DNA from: Pyrinomonadaceae bacterium
GTDB lineage: Bacteria; Acidobacteriota; Blastocatellia; Pyrinomonadales; Pyrinomonadaceae
Length of the DNA stretch: 64,000 bases
Direction of reading: 5' to 3'
Assembly (NCBI GenBank): GCA_036401595.1
Contig: DASWUM010000020.1
Span: 4,784-68,783 of the forward strand
The notes beneath the pieces are model-generated. The model ran no database searches and had not been told where the DNA came from. It saw nothing but the letters and a program-made list of their open reading frames with translations. Position numbers and translations under genes: made by a program. Shown one piece after another: positions 1-7,678 of the stretch (positions are counted from its first letter, which is position 1; each line of letters starts with the position of its first letter).

Positions 1-322
1 CGACGAAGAAGTCGCCTTCTCGATAGCGGAGAAACTGTGGATCCTCACATTCCCCCAGCGTGACCGCGAAATACTTTTCGATTGCGGCTTTGGATTGGAG
101 CAGCTTGTTGATTACTAACGCGACAGTTTCACTCGATGGCGTAACACGAAACGTTCGGCGTACGGATTGATCGATCGTTCCTGAAACTGAAGTGCCGTAG
201 ACAGTCGCATCACTGCCTGCCGCAGCTTTCAACTCAGCGACAATTGCATCGCAAACAGAGGGCTCGAAGAATTGCGGGACAACAAAAAGATCTGGCCACG
301 AGGTCGAAACAGGTGTTGTCAT
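1..322 (-). CDS. 2OG-Fe(II) oxygenase family protein (prolyl-4-hydroxylase-like), N-terminal part; gene runs off the window edge
   Basis: Not in the ORF track because it is open at the edge. My translation of the reverse strand from ATG at 322-320 gives MTTPVSTSWPDLFVVPQFFEPSVCDAIVAELKAAAG...GECEDPQFLRYREGDFFV. The PQFLRYxxGDFF segment preceding the HxD iron site is typical of PF13640-type 2OG oxygenases. Confidence 0.6.
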   Translation of the reverse strand, partial: MTTPVSTSWPDLFVVPQFFEPSVCDAIVAELKAAAGSDATVYGTSVSGTIDQSVRRTFRVTPSSETVALVINKLLQSKAAIEKYFAVTLGECEDPQFLRYREGDFFV

Positions 323-380
323 CGTGCGACAAAATACTTATTTGCCGGAACATTCGCCGGGCGAGAGTGTCTAAACGGGC

Positions 381-719
381 ATGATGTGTCCCCGGTTAAG
401 TTTTTACGAACCCGATTACTCACTACATCTCTTCGTGCTGGATGTTGAGCCTCTGATACTAATCGTCGTACCGGCAGCGATCGGCGTAGTTCTCTGGAAA
501 GTATTCGTCACTAACAGGACCACACCGCGAGGAAACGTGCTCTCACTCGGATTGGATGAAACCTCTGCAACTCCCACAGAATTGTACGGCCGCAAAATCC
601 CCTGGAGAGCACTGTTCTTATATGCCAGCGTCGGAGTGACAACTTTTCAGTTCGGCGTCTTTATTTATGAAACCTTCTATTCGATTCAGGAGTGGTTTCT
701 AAGCAAGAACATCTTCTAA
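381..719 (+). CDS. hypothetical small membrane protein
   Basis: 112-aa ORF with two hydrophobic helices (LILIVVPAAIGVVLWKVFV and ALFLYASVGVTTFQFGVFIY). No recognisable family and no clear RBS. Confidence 0.35.
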   Translation: MMCPRLSFYEPDYSLHLFVLDVEPLILIVVPAAIGVVLWKVFVTNRTTPRGNVLSLGLDETSATPTELYGRKIPWRALFLYASVGVTTFQFGVFIYETFYSIQEWFLSKNIF

Positions 720-1000
720 GCCGCCGGCGCCGCACGACCAAAGCGTTCCTGCGATCGCGCGCGTGCCTTCGCTGCTTCCACTTCACGATCGCGCGGAGGA
801 GCGTTTGTCACGAGTGAATCAAGCAGATCCTTAGCCGCCTGTGACACCTGCTCGACAGCCCGATTGAACACCTCTTCGTTTGTCTTCGAGGGCTTTGTAA
901 AACCACTCAACTTCCGCACAAACTGTAACGACGACGCACGAATCTCTTCCTCCGTTGCGGGAGGCTTGAAATTATGAAGCACTTTGATATTTCGACACAT
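716..1000 (-). CDS. DUF2277 family protein
   Basis: The N-terminus MCRNIKVLHNFKPPATEEEIRASSLQFVRKLSGFTKPSKTNEE matches the conserved DUF2277 signature (MCRNIK..F.PPAT.EEI.A..LQFVRK.SG). Confidence 0.8.
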   Translation of the reverse strand: MCRNIKVLHNFKPPATEEEIRASSLQFVRKLSGFTKPSKTNEEVFNRAVEQVSQAAKDLLDSLVTNAPPRDREVEAAKARARSQERFGRAAPAA

Positions 1001-1058
1001 GCTCTTTTTGTTGCCACCTTCACTAAAAACGTTGCGCTATTTTTACCTCAGGTAGCCG

Positions 1059-1448
1059 CTAATCCCAAAAGTGTGTGAGAGCGTAAGCCACCAGCCCAAT
1101 AAACACACCGGTTGCAATGCCGACGCCGATGAGAGTCTTCTTGGTCTTGCTCATGCCTCTGCCTTCAACGTTCCGCACATCCGCATAGGCAATTTCGGTG
1201 CTGCTGCCGCTCTTGTCTTCAATTACGGTGAAACCGTTATCACTCGTACGCGTGATGCGTCCTCTCACTTCGGAACCACTCCGCAACTTGACCTTTACGT
1301 GTTCCTCATTTTTCTTTAAGCGGCTTTCAACTTCGGTTTTAACTTTGTCGGGTGTTTGATCGAGCTTCTTTTTCCCTTGGACCGCTGGTCCAAATGGAGT
1401 CAGAACGATCGCAAACGCGAGGGAAAGAGTTAATAGTCTTCTAGTCAT
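1059..1448 (-). CDS. hypothetical exported protein with C-terminal membrane anchor
   Basis: Signal peptide MTRRLLTLSLAFAIVLTPFGPAVQG and C-terminal TM LIGVGIATGVFIGLVAYAL. A GGAGG RBS (plus-strand cctcc, ~1455-1459) lies 6 nt upstream of the start. Confidence 0.6.
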   Translation of the reverse strand: MTRRLLTLSLAFAIVLTPFGPAVQGKKKLDQTPDKVKTEVESRLKKNEEHVKVKLRSGSEVRGRITRTSDNGFTVIEDKSGSSTEIAYADVRNVEGRGMSKTKKTLIGVGIATGVFIGLVAYALTHFWD

Positions 1449-1595
1449 GATAAGCCTCCTTGAAGGGACGGCACTCGCGTCCCTGGGTGAGTCGCAAAGA
1501 GTGATGGCTGCGAGTTGCCACCAACCAGAAAGGTCAATTGTTTTTACGCGTGAGGCGAGAGTCTATCACGTGTTCGAGGGCCCGCACGAGCAATG

Positions 1596-1892
1596 TTAGA
1601 ACGGTCGCTCAAAACCAAAGAAGCCAGGGTCCATCAAGAACCAGTTAACCAATCCCGCGAGTAACCCGATTGCAAACACCACGAACACGATCACTTTTTC
1701 TTTCGTCGTGTTGGGCTTGCCTCCCATCCCGGGAAACAGCAATAAAAAAATTCCGCCGACGACGCCGAGCGGTGCAAACGCCGCCATCTTGATGTAGTAA
1801 ACACCTTCAGTGCGCAACTGGTACCAACCGTAATAGATCATGCCGGCACACGCGATAATTAGAACTACAGCAAAAAGACGTGCTTTGAGCAT
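1596..1892 (-). CDS. hypothetical small integral membrane protein
   Basis: 98-aa ORF with three predicted TM helices. A GGAG RBS (plus-strand ctcc, ~1900-1903) lies 7 nt upstream of the start. Confidence 0.55.
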   Translation of the reverse strand: MLKARLFAVVLIIACAGMIYYGWYQLRTEGVYYIKMAAFAPLGVVGGIFLLLFPGMGGKPNTTKEKVIVFVVFAIGLLAGLVNWFLMDPGFFGFERPF

Positions 1893-1917
1893 TAGTCACT
1901 CCAATCTTTTATGGACG

Positions 1918-2616
1918 CTAAAATAAGAACGGTATCATCCGCCATTTAACTCTCTTCACATAATCGTTGTAGCCCTCGAGCTCTTGTTTGAGCATCGCTT
2001 CTTCGCCGATGCTGCGAACGGCAATCGTGACGATCAAAACGAGGCCCATGATCAAACCAAATACAGAACCCAACAGGAGCGGACTGGCGACAAACATTAG
2101 GACGGCGCCGGCGTACATCGGATGACGGACCACTCCGTACAATCCGTTTGAGATCACTTTCTGACCTCGTTCCTTCTGCATCTTCACGACGGGTGCTGCG
2201 AAAGTGTTTTCCCTGAGCGCCTCGAAGATTAGTGCGATCGAGACGACGAGCAACACAGTTCCCGCTGCTCGGAGCCAGAATGGAAACGCGGGGCTCCAGC
2301 CGAATCGTTTGGCGTCGAGCGGCATAATCGCAAACCAGACAAGGAAGTCAACAAAGAAGATTGACAGCAACACCTTGTCCCAGCTCTTCTGGGTCGGCTG
2401 TATCGGTGAGCCATACCGTTCCTTCAGCAGTGCCGGATCGTAGAAATAGAGGTATAGAAGTGTGGAGAAACACATCAGCAGGAAGATGATCGAGAACAGC
2501 CAGCCCTCGATCCAGCGCCAGTCACCGGCCAGGACAAACAGGATCACCGGGAAGAACACGAGATAAACAAAACTCCAAACCAGTTTCGAGACCGGAAAAG
2601 GGACATTCGTCGTCAT
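1918..2616 (-). CDS. isoprenylcysteine carboxyl methyltransferase (ICMT)/phospholipid methyltransferase family membrane protein
   Basis: C-terminal motif NGLYGVVRHPMYAGAVLMF plus multiple TM helices. I start the gene at MTTNVPFPVSKLVW (cat at 2614-2616). The track's longer N-terminus (to 2817) is read-through of the GC-hairpin repeat (peptides GRPRRAAPT and VGAALRGRP). Confidence 0.75.
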   Translation of the reverse strand: MTTNVPFPVSKLVWSFVYLVFFPVILFVLAGDWRWIEGWLFSIIFLLMCFSTLLYLYFYDPALLKERYGSPIQPTQKSWDKVLLSIFFVDFLVWFAIMPLDAKRFGWSPAFPFWLRAAGTVLLVVSIALIFEALRENTFAAPVVKMQKERGQKVISNGLYGVVRHPMYAGAVLMFVASPLLLGSVFGLIMGLVLIVTIAVRSIGEEAMLKQELEGYNDYVKRVKWRMIPFLF

Positions 2617-2641
2617 AACCTGAGAAAATACAGTATTCACA

Positions 2642-2775
2642 GAACGTACTGTAGGGGCGGCCCTCCGTGGCCGCCCTCGGTTGAAAATCGGGTTCGCCAA
2701 ACCCCGAGACCGCTGCTTCTTGAATCCCGTAACCAACCAAGGGCGGCCACGGAGGGCCGCCCCTACAGTACGTTC
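2642..2775. repeat. MITE-like element: perfect 35-bp terminal inverted repeat (2642-2676 / 2741-2775) around a 64-nt core; each arm is itself a GC hairpin
   Basis: Arm 1 is aagcgtactgtaggggcggccctccgtggccgccc, wait-free reading: cgtactgtaggggcggccctccgtggccgccc (2645-2676). Arm 2 is gggcggccacggagggccgcccctacagtacg (2741-2772), its exact reverse complement, and the match extends 3 nt further on each side. Inside each arm GGGCGGCC-ctccgt-GGCCGCCC folds on itself. A solo copy lies at 59961-59993. Confidence 0.9.
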
Positions 2776-2796
2776 CATCGCGCCTGAGAAATTTCT

Positions 2797-2809
2797 TGTA
2801 ACTTTTGCC
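2797..2809 (+). promoter_or_regulatory. candidate ECF-type -35 element shared by both sigma-factor genes (TGTAACTTTTGCC)
   Basis: tgtaacttttgcc lies 35 nt upstream of the ATG at 2844. The paralogous sigma gene has tgaaacttttcgcc at 20304-20317. AAC-containing -35 boxes are typical of autoregulated ECF promoters. I could not identify a convincing -10 element. Confidence 0.3.
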
Positions 2810-2843
2810 GAACTCACGTGTTTTAGGAGACGTAGCGCAGCTT

Positions 2844-3386
2844 ATGGCGAGCGAAGACGCAGAGTTCACCATGCTGTTTCAGGATTTCTACCCTAGCCTA
2901 TGCCGCTTTCTGGAGTGTTTATTGGGAGGCCGCGCGCCGCTGGCGCAGGATTTGGCACAGGAGAGTTTCCTGCAACTGCATCGCACGGCATGGGGAACTA
3001 TGCCGGTCGGTGAGGCGCGCTTCTGGCTCTATCGCGTCGCGCGCAACATGGCGATCAACGAGTTTCGCAAATCGCACACGCGCTACCGGCTGTTTGATCG
3101 AGTGGTCGAAGTCATGAGCCCACGAGCACGCAACCCGGAACAGGAATACGAAACACAGGAGCGGAAAACGCTGGTGCTGGAAATGTTACAGACTTTGCCT
3201 GAAGACCAACGCACCGCGCTGCTGCTGAGAGAGCAGGAACAGTTGAGCTATCGCGAGATTGGACAAGTACTGAACGTCTCCGAAAGCAAAGTGAAGGTCG
3301 ACATTTTTCGCGCGCGAGCATCGCTGCGAGAACGTTGGAACAAGGTGTCAGGGCTTTCAAGATACGCAGGAGTTGGAAACTCGTAA
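2844..3386 (+). CDS. ECF (extracytoplasmic function) sigma-70 family RNA polymerase sigma factor, module 1
   Basis: Region 2 (FQDFYPSLCRFLECLL...AQDLAQESFLQLHR) and region 4 HTH (LPEDQRTALLLREQEQLSYREIGQVLNVSESKVKVDIFRARASLRE). I prefer ATG 2844 over the track's TTG at 2805. Confidence 0.9.
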   Translation: MASEDAEFTMLFQDFYPSLCRFLECLLGGRAPLAQDLAQESFLQLHRTAWGTMPVGEARFWLYRVARNMAINEFRKSHTRYRLFDRVVEVMSPRARNPEQEYETQERKTLVLEMLQTLPEDQRTALLLREQEQLSYREIGQVLNVSESKVKVDIFRARASLRERWNKVSGLSRYAGVGNS

Positions 3387-3388
3387 AT

Positions 3389-4342
3389 ATGAACTGCAGC
3401 TTTACCGAAAAAATCTCGTCACTGATCGATGGTGAGTTAACAGCGGCTGAGGCACGCGAAGTCGAACGCCACCTGATTGGCTGTAATGACTGCCAGCAAC
3501 TGCGCGCTGACTTTCTCAGTCTTCGCACACAGATCGCCGGCTACGAAACGTCGTTGCAGCCCGCAGTTCAGAAACGTGCGTTGAAGAAGATCCTCGGCAC
3601 CGAACGCCCTGTTCCCGCGCGCCGGTTGGGTTGGAGTTTTGGTCCATCGGCAATCGCTTTCGCAACGCTCGTGATCGCGGCTGCAGTCATCGGTTTGCTC
3701 TTCTATCAGAGCTCAAAGAAGAGCGAAGGAGAATCACAACGGGTAGCACAGCAGACACAAAGTCCTTCTCCCGTGCCATCCGGTTCAGGCGAGCAAAGCA
3801 GGCAACAACCGCAAGCCACTCCCGAACCCGGTCGCGAACAACCACAACCGTCGCCGAATAAAGGTAACGACGAAACGCCGCGACGTCAGCCATCGAAGAA
3901 GATCGTCCGCGAACCGAAACCAGGCGAACAGTTTGCTGTGGTTCCCGCTCCGGTTCAGCCCGCCGAAACGCAGACGATTCGCTCCGCCGACGCGCAGACG
4001 TTGACTGCCATGCACTTCGAAAAATCGGAAACGCTGTTGCTCGCGTTCCGCAATGTGCGTCTTAACGAGCCGGGAGCAGCGAAGGAAGTGGGTTACGAAC
4101 GAAAGCGCGCCCAACAGCTCGTTCTGCAAAACATGATGCTGCGTCGCGAGGCTGATGCCGGCGGCGACGTGCAGATTTCATCGCTGCTCGAAAGTCTTGA
4201 GCCGATACTGATCGATATCGCAAATCTTCCCGACCGCCCGGACGAAAACGCAGTGCGCGTGATTCGCCAGCGTGTCGAACGCAAAAACATCGTCCCGCTC
4301 TTGCGGGTTAACTCCACCGCGCTGGCCCGCGCGTTGGACTAA
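3389..4342 (+). CDS. anti-sigma factor, zf-HC2 type, single-pass membrane protein with Pro/Gln-rich linker and conserved C-terminal domain, module 1
   Basis: MNCSFTEKISSLIDGELTAAEAREVERHLIGCNDCQQL carries the H-x3-C-x2-C zinc motif. TM segment is AIAFATLVIAAAVIGLLFY. The start lies 2 nt after the sigma stop. The C-terminus LLESLEPILIDIANLPDRPDENAVRVIRQRVERKNIV is conserved in the paralogue at 20929-21831. Confidence 0.85.
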   Translation: MNCSFTEKISSLIDGELTAAEAREVERHLIGCNDCQQLRADFLSLRTQIAGYETSLQPAVQKRALKKILGTERPVPARRLGWSFGPSAIAFATLVIAAAVIGLLFYQSSKKSEGESQRVAQQTQSPSPVPSGSGEQSRQQPQATPEPGREQPQPSPNKGNDETPRRQPSKKIVREPKPGEQFAVVPAPVQPAETQTIRSADAQTLTAMHFEKSETLLLAFRNVRLNEPGAAKEVGYERKRAQQLVLQNMMLRREADAGGDVQISSLLESLEPILIDIANLPDRPDENAVRVIRQRVERKNIVPLLRVNSTALARALD

Positions 4343-4360
4343 ACGGTTCTTTTAACTCAG

Positions 4361-4466
4361 CGGTTTCACCTCAGAGACACAGGGAACAGAGATGCTATCT
4401 GCGTTTTTGATCACCGCTCGATCTCTGCGCTCGCTCTCAGGTTCTCTGTGTCTGTGCGGTGAACCG
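4361..4466. repeat. about 105-bp imperfect palindromic intergenic repeat (CACAGAG/ATCTGCG heptamer type) inside the module-1 operon
   Basis: The left arm cggtttcacctcagagacacagggaacagag pairs with the right arm ctcaggttctctgtgtctgtgcggtgaaccg. It sits between the anti-sigma stop (4342) and the HEAT gene start (4512). The paralogous junction (21831/21843) has no such insert. Confidence 0.85.
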
Positions 4467-4511
4467 AGTAATGGTTAGAAATATTTATTTGATTAAGGAC
4501 AACAAATCATC

Positions 4512-6020
4512 ATGAAGCAACTGGTTCGTTTTCGCCCCCAAGTCAGAATCGGAGTAGTGCTGCTGGCCATCGCGAGTGCCATCACGTTCTCCGCGATTTA
4601 TGCGCAGCGCAGTTACGGTTTCGACCAGGATCTCGGTAAGCTCAACCGCTTCGTCCAGAACAAAGGAAACACCGCCTCGATGCAGATCTTCCGCGAAGGC
4701 CGCGATCTCATCGAAGCGCAGAACTGGCAGCGAGCGGCTGAAAAATTCAACGACTTCATCAAGGGTTACCCAAAAGATAAAGATCTCGACGCCGCACTTT
4801 ATTGGTATGGCTACGCGTTGCAAAAACAGGATCGAAAAGAGGATGCACGCAAACCACTCGTCGTGCTGATCAACCGATTTCCAAGCTCGAGTTGGCGCGA
4901 GGAAGCAAAGGCCCTGCTCGTCGTGCTCGGCTACAAGGCCGACGTGGACCAGGCGCTCACTAATGAAAATTGCGAGATCAAGATGCTCGCCTTGCAGAGT
5001 CTCTTCCAGGCCGATCAAGAAAGGGCCATCACCATCGCCACCGAAGCCATCAAAGCAAATCCGCAACAATGTCCGGGTTTCCCGGCAGCGGCAGTATCAA
5101 TGCTCGGATCTCATGCCGGCTCGAGAGCCATTCCACTTCTCGTCGATATTGCGCGGACCAACCCCGATCAAAAACTTCGGCTCACTGCCATCAAGCGTTT
5201 AGGCGAACAGCGCTCGGATCAGGTAACCGACGCGCTCATCCAAATCTTCGACGCCGATCGGACCAGAGAAATCCGAGCGCAGATATTGCGCGCGTTGGTT
5301 GAAAGCCGCTCGCCTCGCGGTAGCGCTAAAGTGCTCGAAATCGCTCGCGCCAGTGATGACGTCGCCCTCCGTGTATATGCCATCCGTTTCATCGGCGAGC
5401 TCGAAGACTCCGCATCGCTTGACGAGTTGATTCGTATCTACGATGCCGACAAAACCAGAGAAATTCGGGCGCAGATACTGCGCGCACTCGCCGAGCGCGA
5501 GGACCAGCGCGCACGTACCAAGCTCTTCGAAATCGCACGGCAGGGCGACTCACCGGAAATGCGGCTCGAAGCAATTCGCCGTCTCGGCGATCATCAACGC
5601 ATTTCGCTCGACGATCTGATGCAGCTCTATACGAGCGAATCAAATCTGCAAATCAAACAGGGACTGTTACGCGCGTTTGCAGACAACAACGATCCACGCG
5701 CACAGGCGAAATTGTTTGAGATCGCTCGCGGCAACGACCCGGTTGAGCTGCGCGGTTATGCAATTCGACAGCTCGGCGAGAAGGATGACGAGCCGACTGT
5801 CAATCAGCTCGTGTCGATGTACGATTCAGAGCAAAACCCACAAATGAAAATGTCGTTGATGCGTGCATTTGGCGATTCGAAGCAGAAAGTTGCTGTTCGC
5901 AAATTGATGTTGATCGCCCGCAACGATCCGTCAGTGGAAATGCGCAAGATAGCGGTCAGGTATCTGGGCGAGAGCAAAGATCCTGAAGCCCTGAAATTTC
6001 TTGAAGACCTTCTGAAATAA
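4512..6020 (+). CDS. exported HEAT-repeat protein with N-terminal YbgF/BamD-like TPR segment, module 1
   Basis: Signal/anchor VRIGVVLLAIASAITFSAIYAQ. TPR-like segment DAALYWYGYALQKQDRKEDARKPLVVLINRFPSSSWREEA. Then about 6 copies of a 60-64-aa unit (L..IYDADKTREIRAQILRAL.....R...KLFEIAR..D.E.R..AIR.LG). Confidence 0.8.
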   Translation: MKQLVRFRPQVRIGVVLLAIASAITFSAIYAQRSYGFDQDLGKLNRFVQNKGNTASMQIFREGRDLIEAQNWQRAAEKFNDFIKGYPKDKDLDAALYWYGYALQKQDRKEDARKPLVVLINRFPSSSWREEAKALLVVLGYKADVDQALTNENCEIKMLALQSLFQADQERAITIATEAIKANPQQCPGFPAAAVSMLGSHAGSRAIPLLVDIARTNPDQKLRLTAIKRLGEQRSDQVTDALIQIFDADRTREIRAQILRALVESRSPRGSAKVLEIARASDDVALRVYAIRFIGELEDSASLDELIRIYDADKTREIRAQILRALAEREDQRARTKLFEIARQGDSPEMRLEAIRRLGDHQRISLDDLMQLYTSESNLQIKQGLLRAFADNNDPRAQAKLFEIARGNDPVELRGYAIRQLGEKDDEPTVNQLVSMYDSEQNPQMKMSLMRAFGDSKQKVAVRKLMLIARNDPSVEMRKIAVRYLGESKDPEALKFLEDLLK

Positions 6021-6034
6021 GGCCGATCAATCCG

Positions 6035-6073
6035 TCCACAGATTACACAGATTTCGTCTGCGTAATCTGTGGA
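6035..6073. repeat. hairpin repeat (CACAGAT type) between the two HEAT genes of module 1
   Basis: tccacagattacacag-atttcgt-ctgcgtaatctgtgga forms a 16-bp stem with one mismatch and a 7-nt loop. There is no T-run after it. Confidence 0.85.
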
Positions 6074-6091
6074 TTCACTCGGAGGAATTCC

Positions 6092-7678
6092 ATGCGTTAT
6101 TCAATGCTTCTCTTCCTGGCGATTATCGGCATTGCTTGTGCCGGTGGAAATCACAGCGCCCCTGTTACGACAGTCGCGGCCGCGGCTGCCGACGATCTGA
6201 AAACGCAGTCGCCCGACACCACGATACAAGGTTTTACTGCGGTGGAAGGCGCCGATCTCATGGCTCGTCTCGAGGCCGCACAATCGCGTGCACGCTCGCG
6301 TCAAACGCCTTACTGGTCGGCCTACACTTTTGACGTGCGACCAGGCATCGCTGTCGATCCTGCTATCCGTGAGTTTCATGGATCGATGAACACGATGGGC
6401 GACACGGTCGTGTTTGTCGGCACAAATTCAGCCGGCGTGACAGTGGAAACACGAAGTCTCGCGATCTTTCTGCTGCGTGAACCGGCGAGTAACCAAATCA
6501 CGCGCCTGGAGGTTTACAACCTCGAACGCAAACGTGAGTACAGCGGCTATCCCGTCTACTGGCTCGGCCGTGCGAACAACGAGGAAAGTCTCAACTACAT
6601 GCGCGCGCTTGCGGCAGCCTCGCCGCTCGATATGTTGAGCGAACGTGCGGTTCTCGGCATCGCGTTGCATGACGACGCTCGAGTCGCCGGTATGCTCAAG
6701 GGATTCGTCACCAGTTCGCCAAATCAGCGCATTCGTTCGAGCTCGGTTTACTGGCTAGGCCAGGTCGGCGGCGAAACGACATTCCTCGCGGGGCTCGTTC
6801 GCAGCGACACCGAAGACAAGAAGATCAGGCGCTCGGCAGCCCACGCGATTGGACAAAGTCGCGAGCGTGGAACAATACCGACCCTCCAGGGACTCTACGA
6901 GAGCGTGAAGGATGCCGAGATTCGTAGAAGTGTGATCTCAGCGGCCGGTAACAGTCTCGATGAACAGCCGGCCTGGACATTTCTGCTCGGTATCTCGAAG
7001 AACGATGCTGATTGGGAATCGCGCCGGACCGCTGTGCGTCAACTCGGAGATTTCAAGCGCGACGACACGGCCGACGAGTTGATGAAGATTTACAACAACG
7101 ACGCCAACATCGAGGTGAAGCGCGCCGCGTTGCGTTCGCTTGCCGAAACTAAGAATCCGCGTGGTCAGGCGCGTCTGCTCGAGATCGCGCGCACCGAAAC
7201 TAATCCTGAATTACGAAAGTCAGCGATTCGTGTGATGAGCGATCGCGGCGAAGCGGCAGTTGAGGATCTGCTGAAGTTGTTTGATTCGGAACAGTCGGCG
7301 GATGTCAGACGCTCAATTCTGCAAACGCTTTCGGACATCAAGAGCACGCGCGTCGAAGACAAGTTGTTTGAAGTTGCGAAGGGTAACGACACGCTCGACG
7401 TGCGGCGGCAGGCGATTCGACTACTCGGCGAACGCGCGAGCAAACGCAGCTTCGAGTTTCTGAGTGAGACTGCGCAGAGTAATGATGGAAATGCGGAAGT
7501 GCAGGTGCAGGCCGTGCGTGCGATCAGTGAGCGACGCGCCGAGGAATCCGTGCCGCTGCTGATCAAGATTGCGCGGACGCATCCGAATCAGCTCGTGCGC
7601 AAACAGGCAATTCGTTCGCTCGGCGAGTCGGGCGATCCGCGCGCGGTCGATTTCTTCAGGGAAGTGTTAACGAAATAA
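6092..7678 (+). CDS. exported protein with uncharacterised N-terminal domain plus C-terminal HEAT repeats, module 1
   Basis: Signal peptide MRYSMLLFLAIIGIACAGG. N-domain motifs YTFDVRPGIAVD and EVYNLERKREYSGYPVYWLGRANNEESLNYM are shared with 23460-24608. The HEAT units have the same type as in 4512-6020. Confidence 0.8.
   Translation: MRYSMLLFLAIIGIACAGGNHSAPVTTVAAAAADDLKTQSPDTTIQGFTAVEGADLMARLEAAQSRARSRQTPYWSAYTFDVRPGIAVDPAIREFHGSMNTMGDTVVFVGTNSAGVTVETRSLAIFLLREPASNQITRLEVYNLERKREYSGYPVYWLGRANNEESLNYMRALAAASPLDMLSERAVLGIALHDDARVAGMLKGFVTSSPNQRIRSSSVYWLGQVGGETTFLAGLVRSDTEDKKIRRSAAHAIGQSRERGTIPTLQGLYESVKDAEIRRSVISAAGNSLDEQPAWTFLLGISKNDADWESRRTAVRQLGDFKRDDTADELMKIYNNDANIEVKRAALRSLAETKNPRGQARLLEIARTETNPELRKSAIRVMSDRGEAAVEDLLKLFDSEQSADVRRSILQTLSDIKSTRVEDKLFEVAKGNDTLDVRRQAIRLLGERASKRSFEFLSETAQSNDGNAEVQVQAVRAISERRAEESVPLLIKIARTHPNQLVRKQAIRSLGESGDPRAVDFFREVLTK

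Noticed and set aside
2617-2817. N-terminal extensions of track ORFs that run through repeats: 1918-2817 beyond 2616, 11433-12938 beyond 12887, and 31448-32845 beyond 32743.
   Set aside because: The extra residues (GRPRRAAPT, AIRIQSVLSVAIIRR, FATFVPFCG) are translations of the GC-hairpin, heptamer and CACAAAA repeats. Internal ATGs with an RBS and proper signal peptides or N-termini give better starts.
4485-5069. Long antisense or alternative-frame ORFs throughout the track. Examples: 4485-5069, 8842-9207, 23790-24374, 33457-34212, 34601-35392, 35552-36220, 37875-38402, 39909-40415, 43020-43697, 55012-55743, 61184-61648 and 62657-63172.
   Set aside because: Each lies wholly inside a longer ORF that has clear family motifs on the other strand or frame. 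They have Arg/Ser/Ala-rich, low-complexity composition typical of shadow ORFs in GC-rich DNA, and they lack RBS or signal features.
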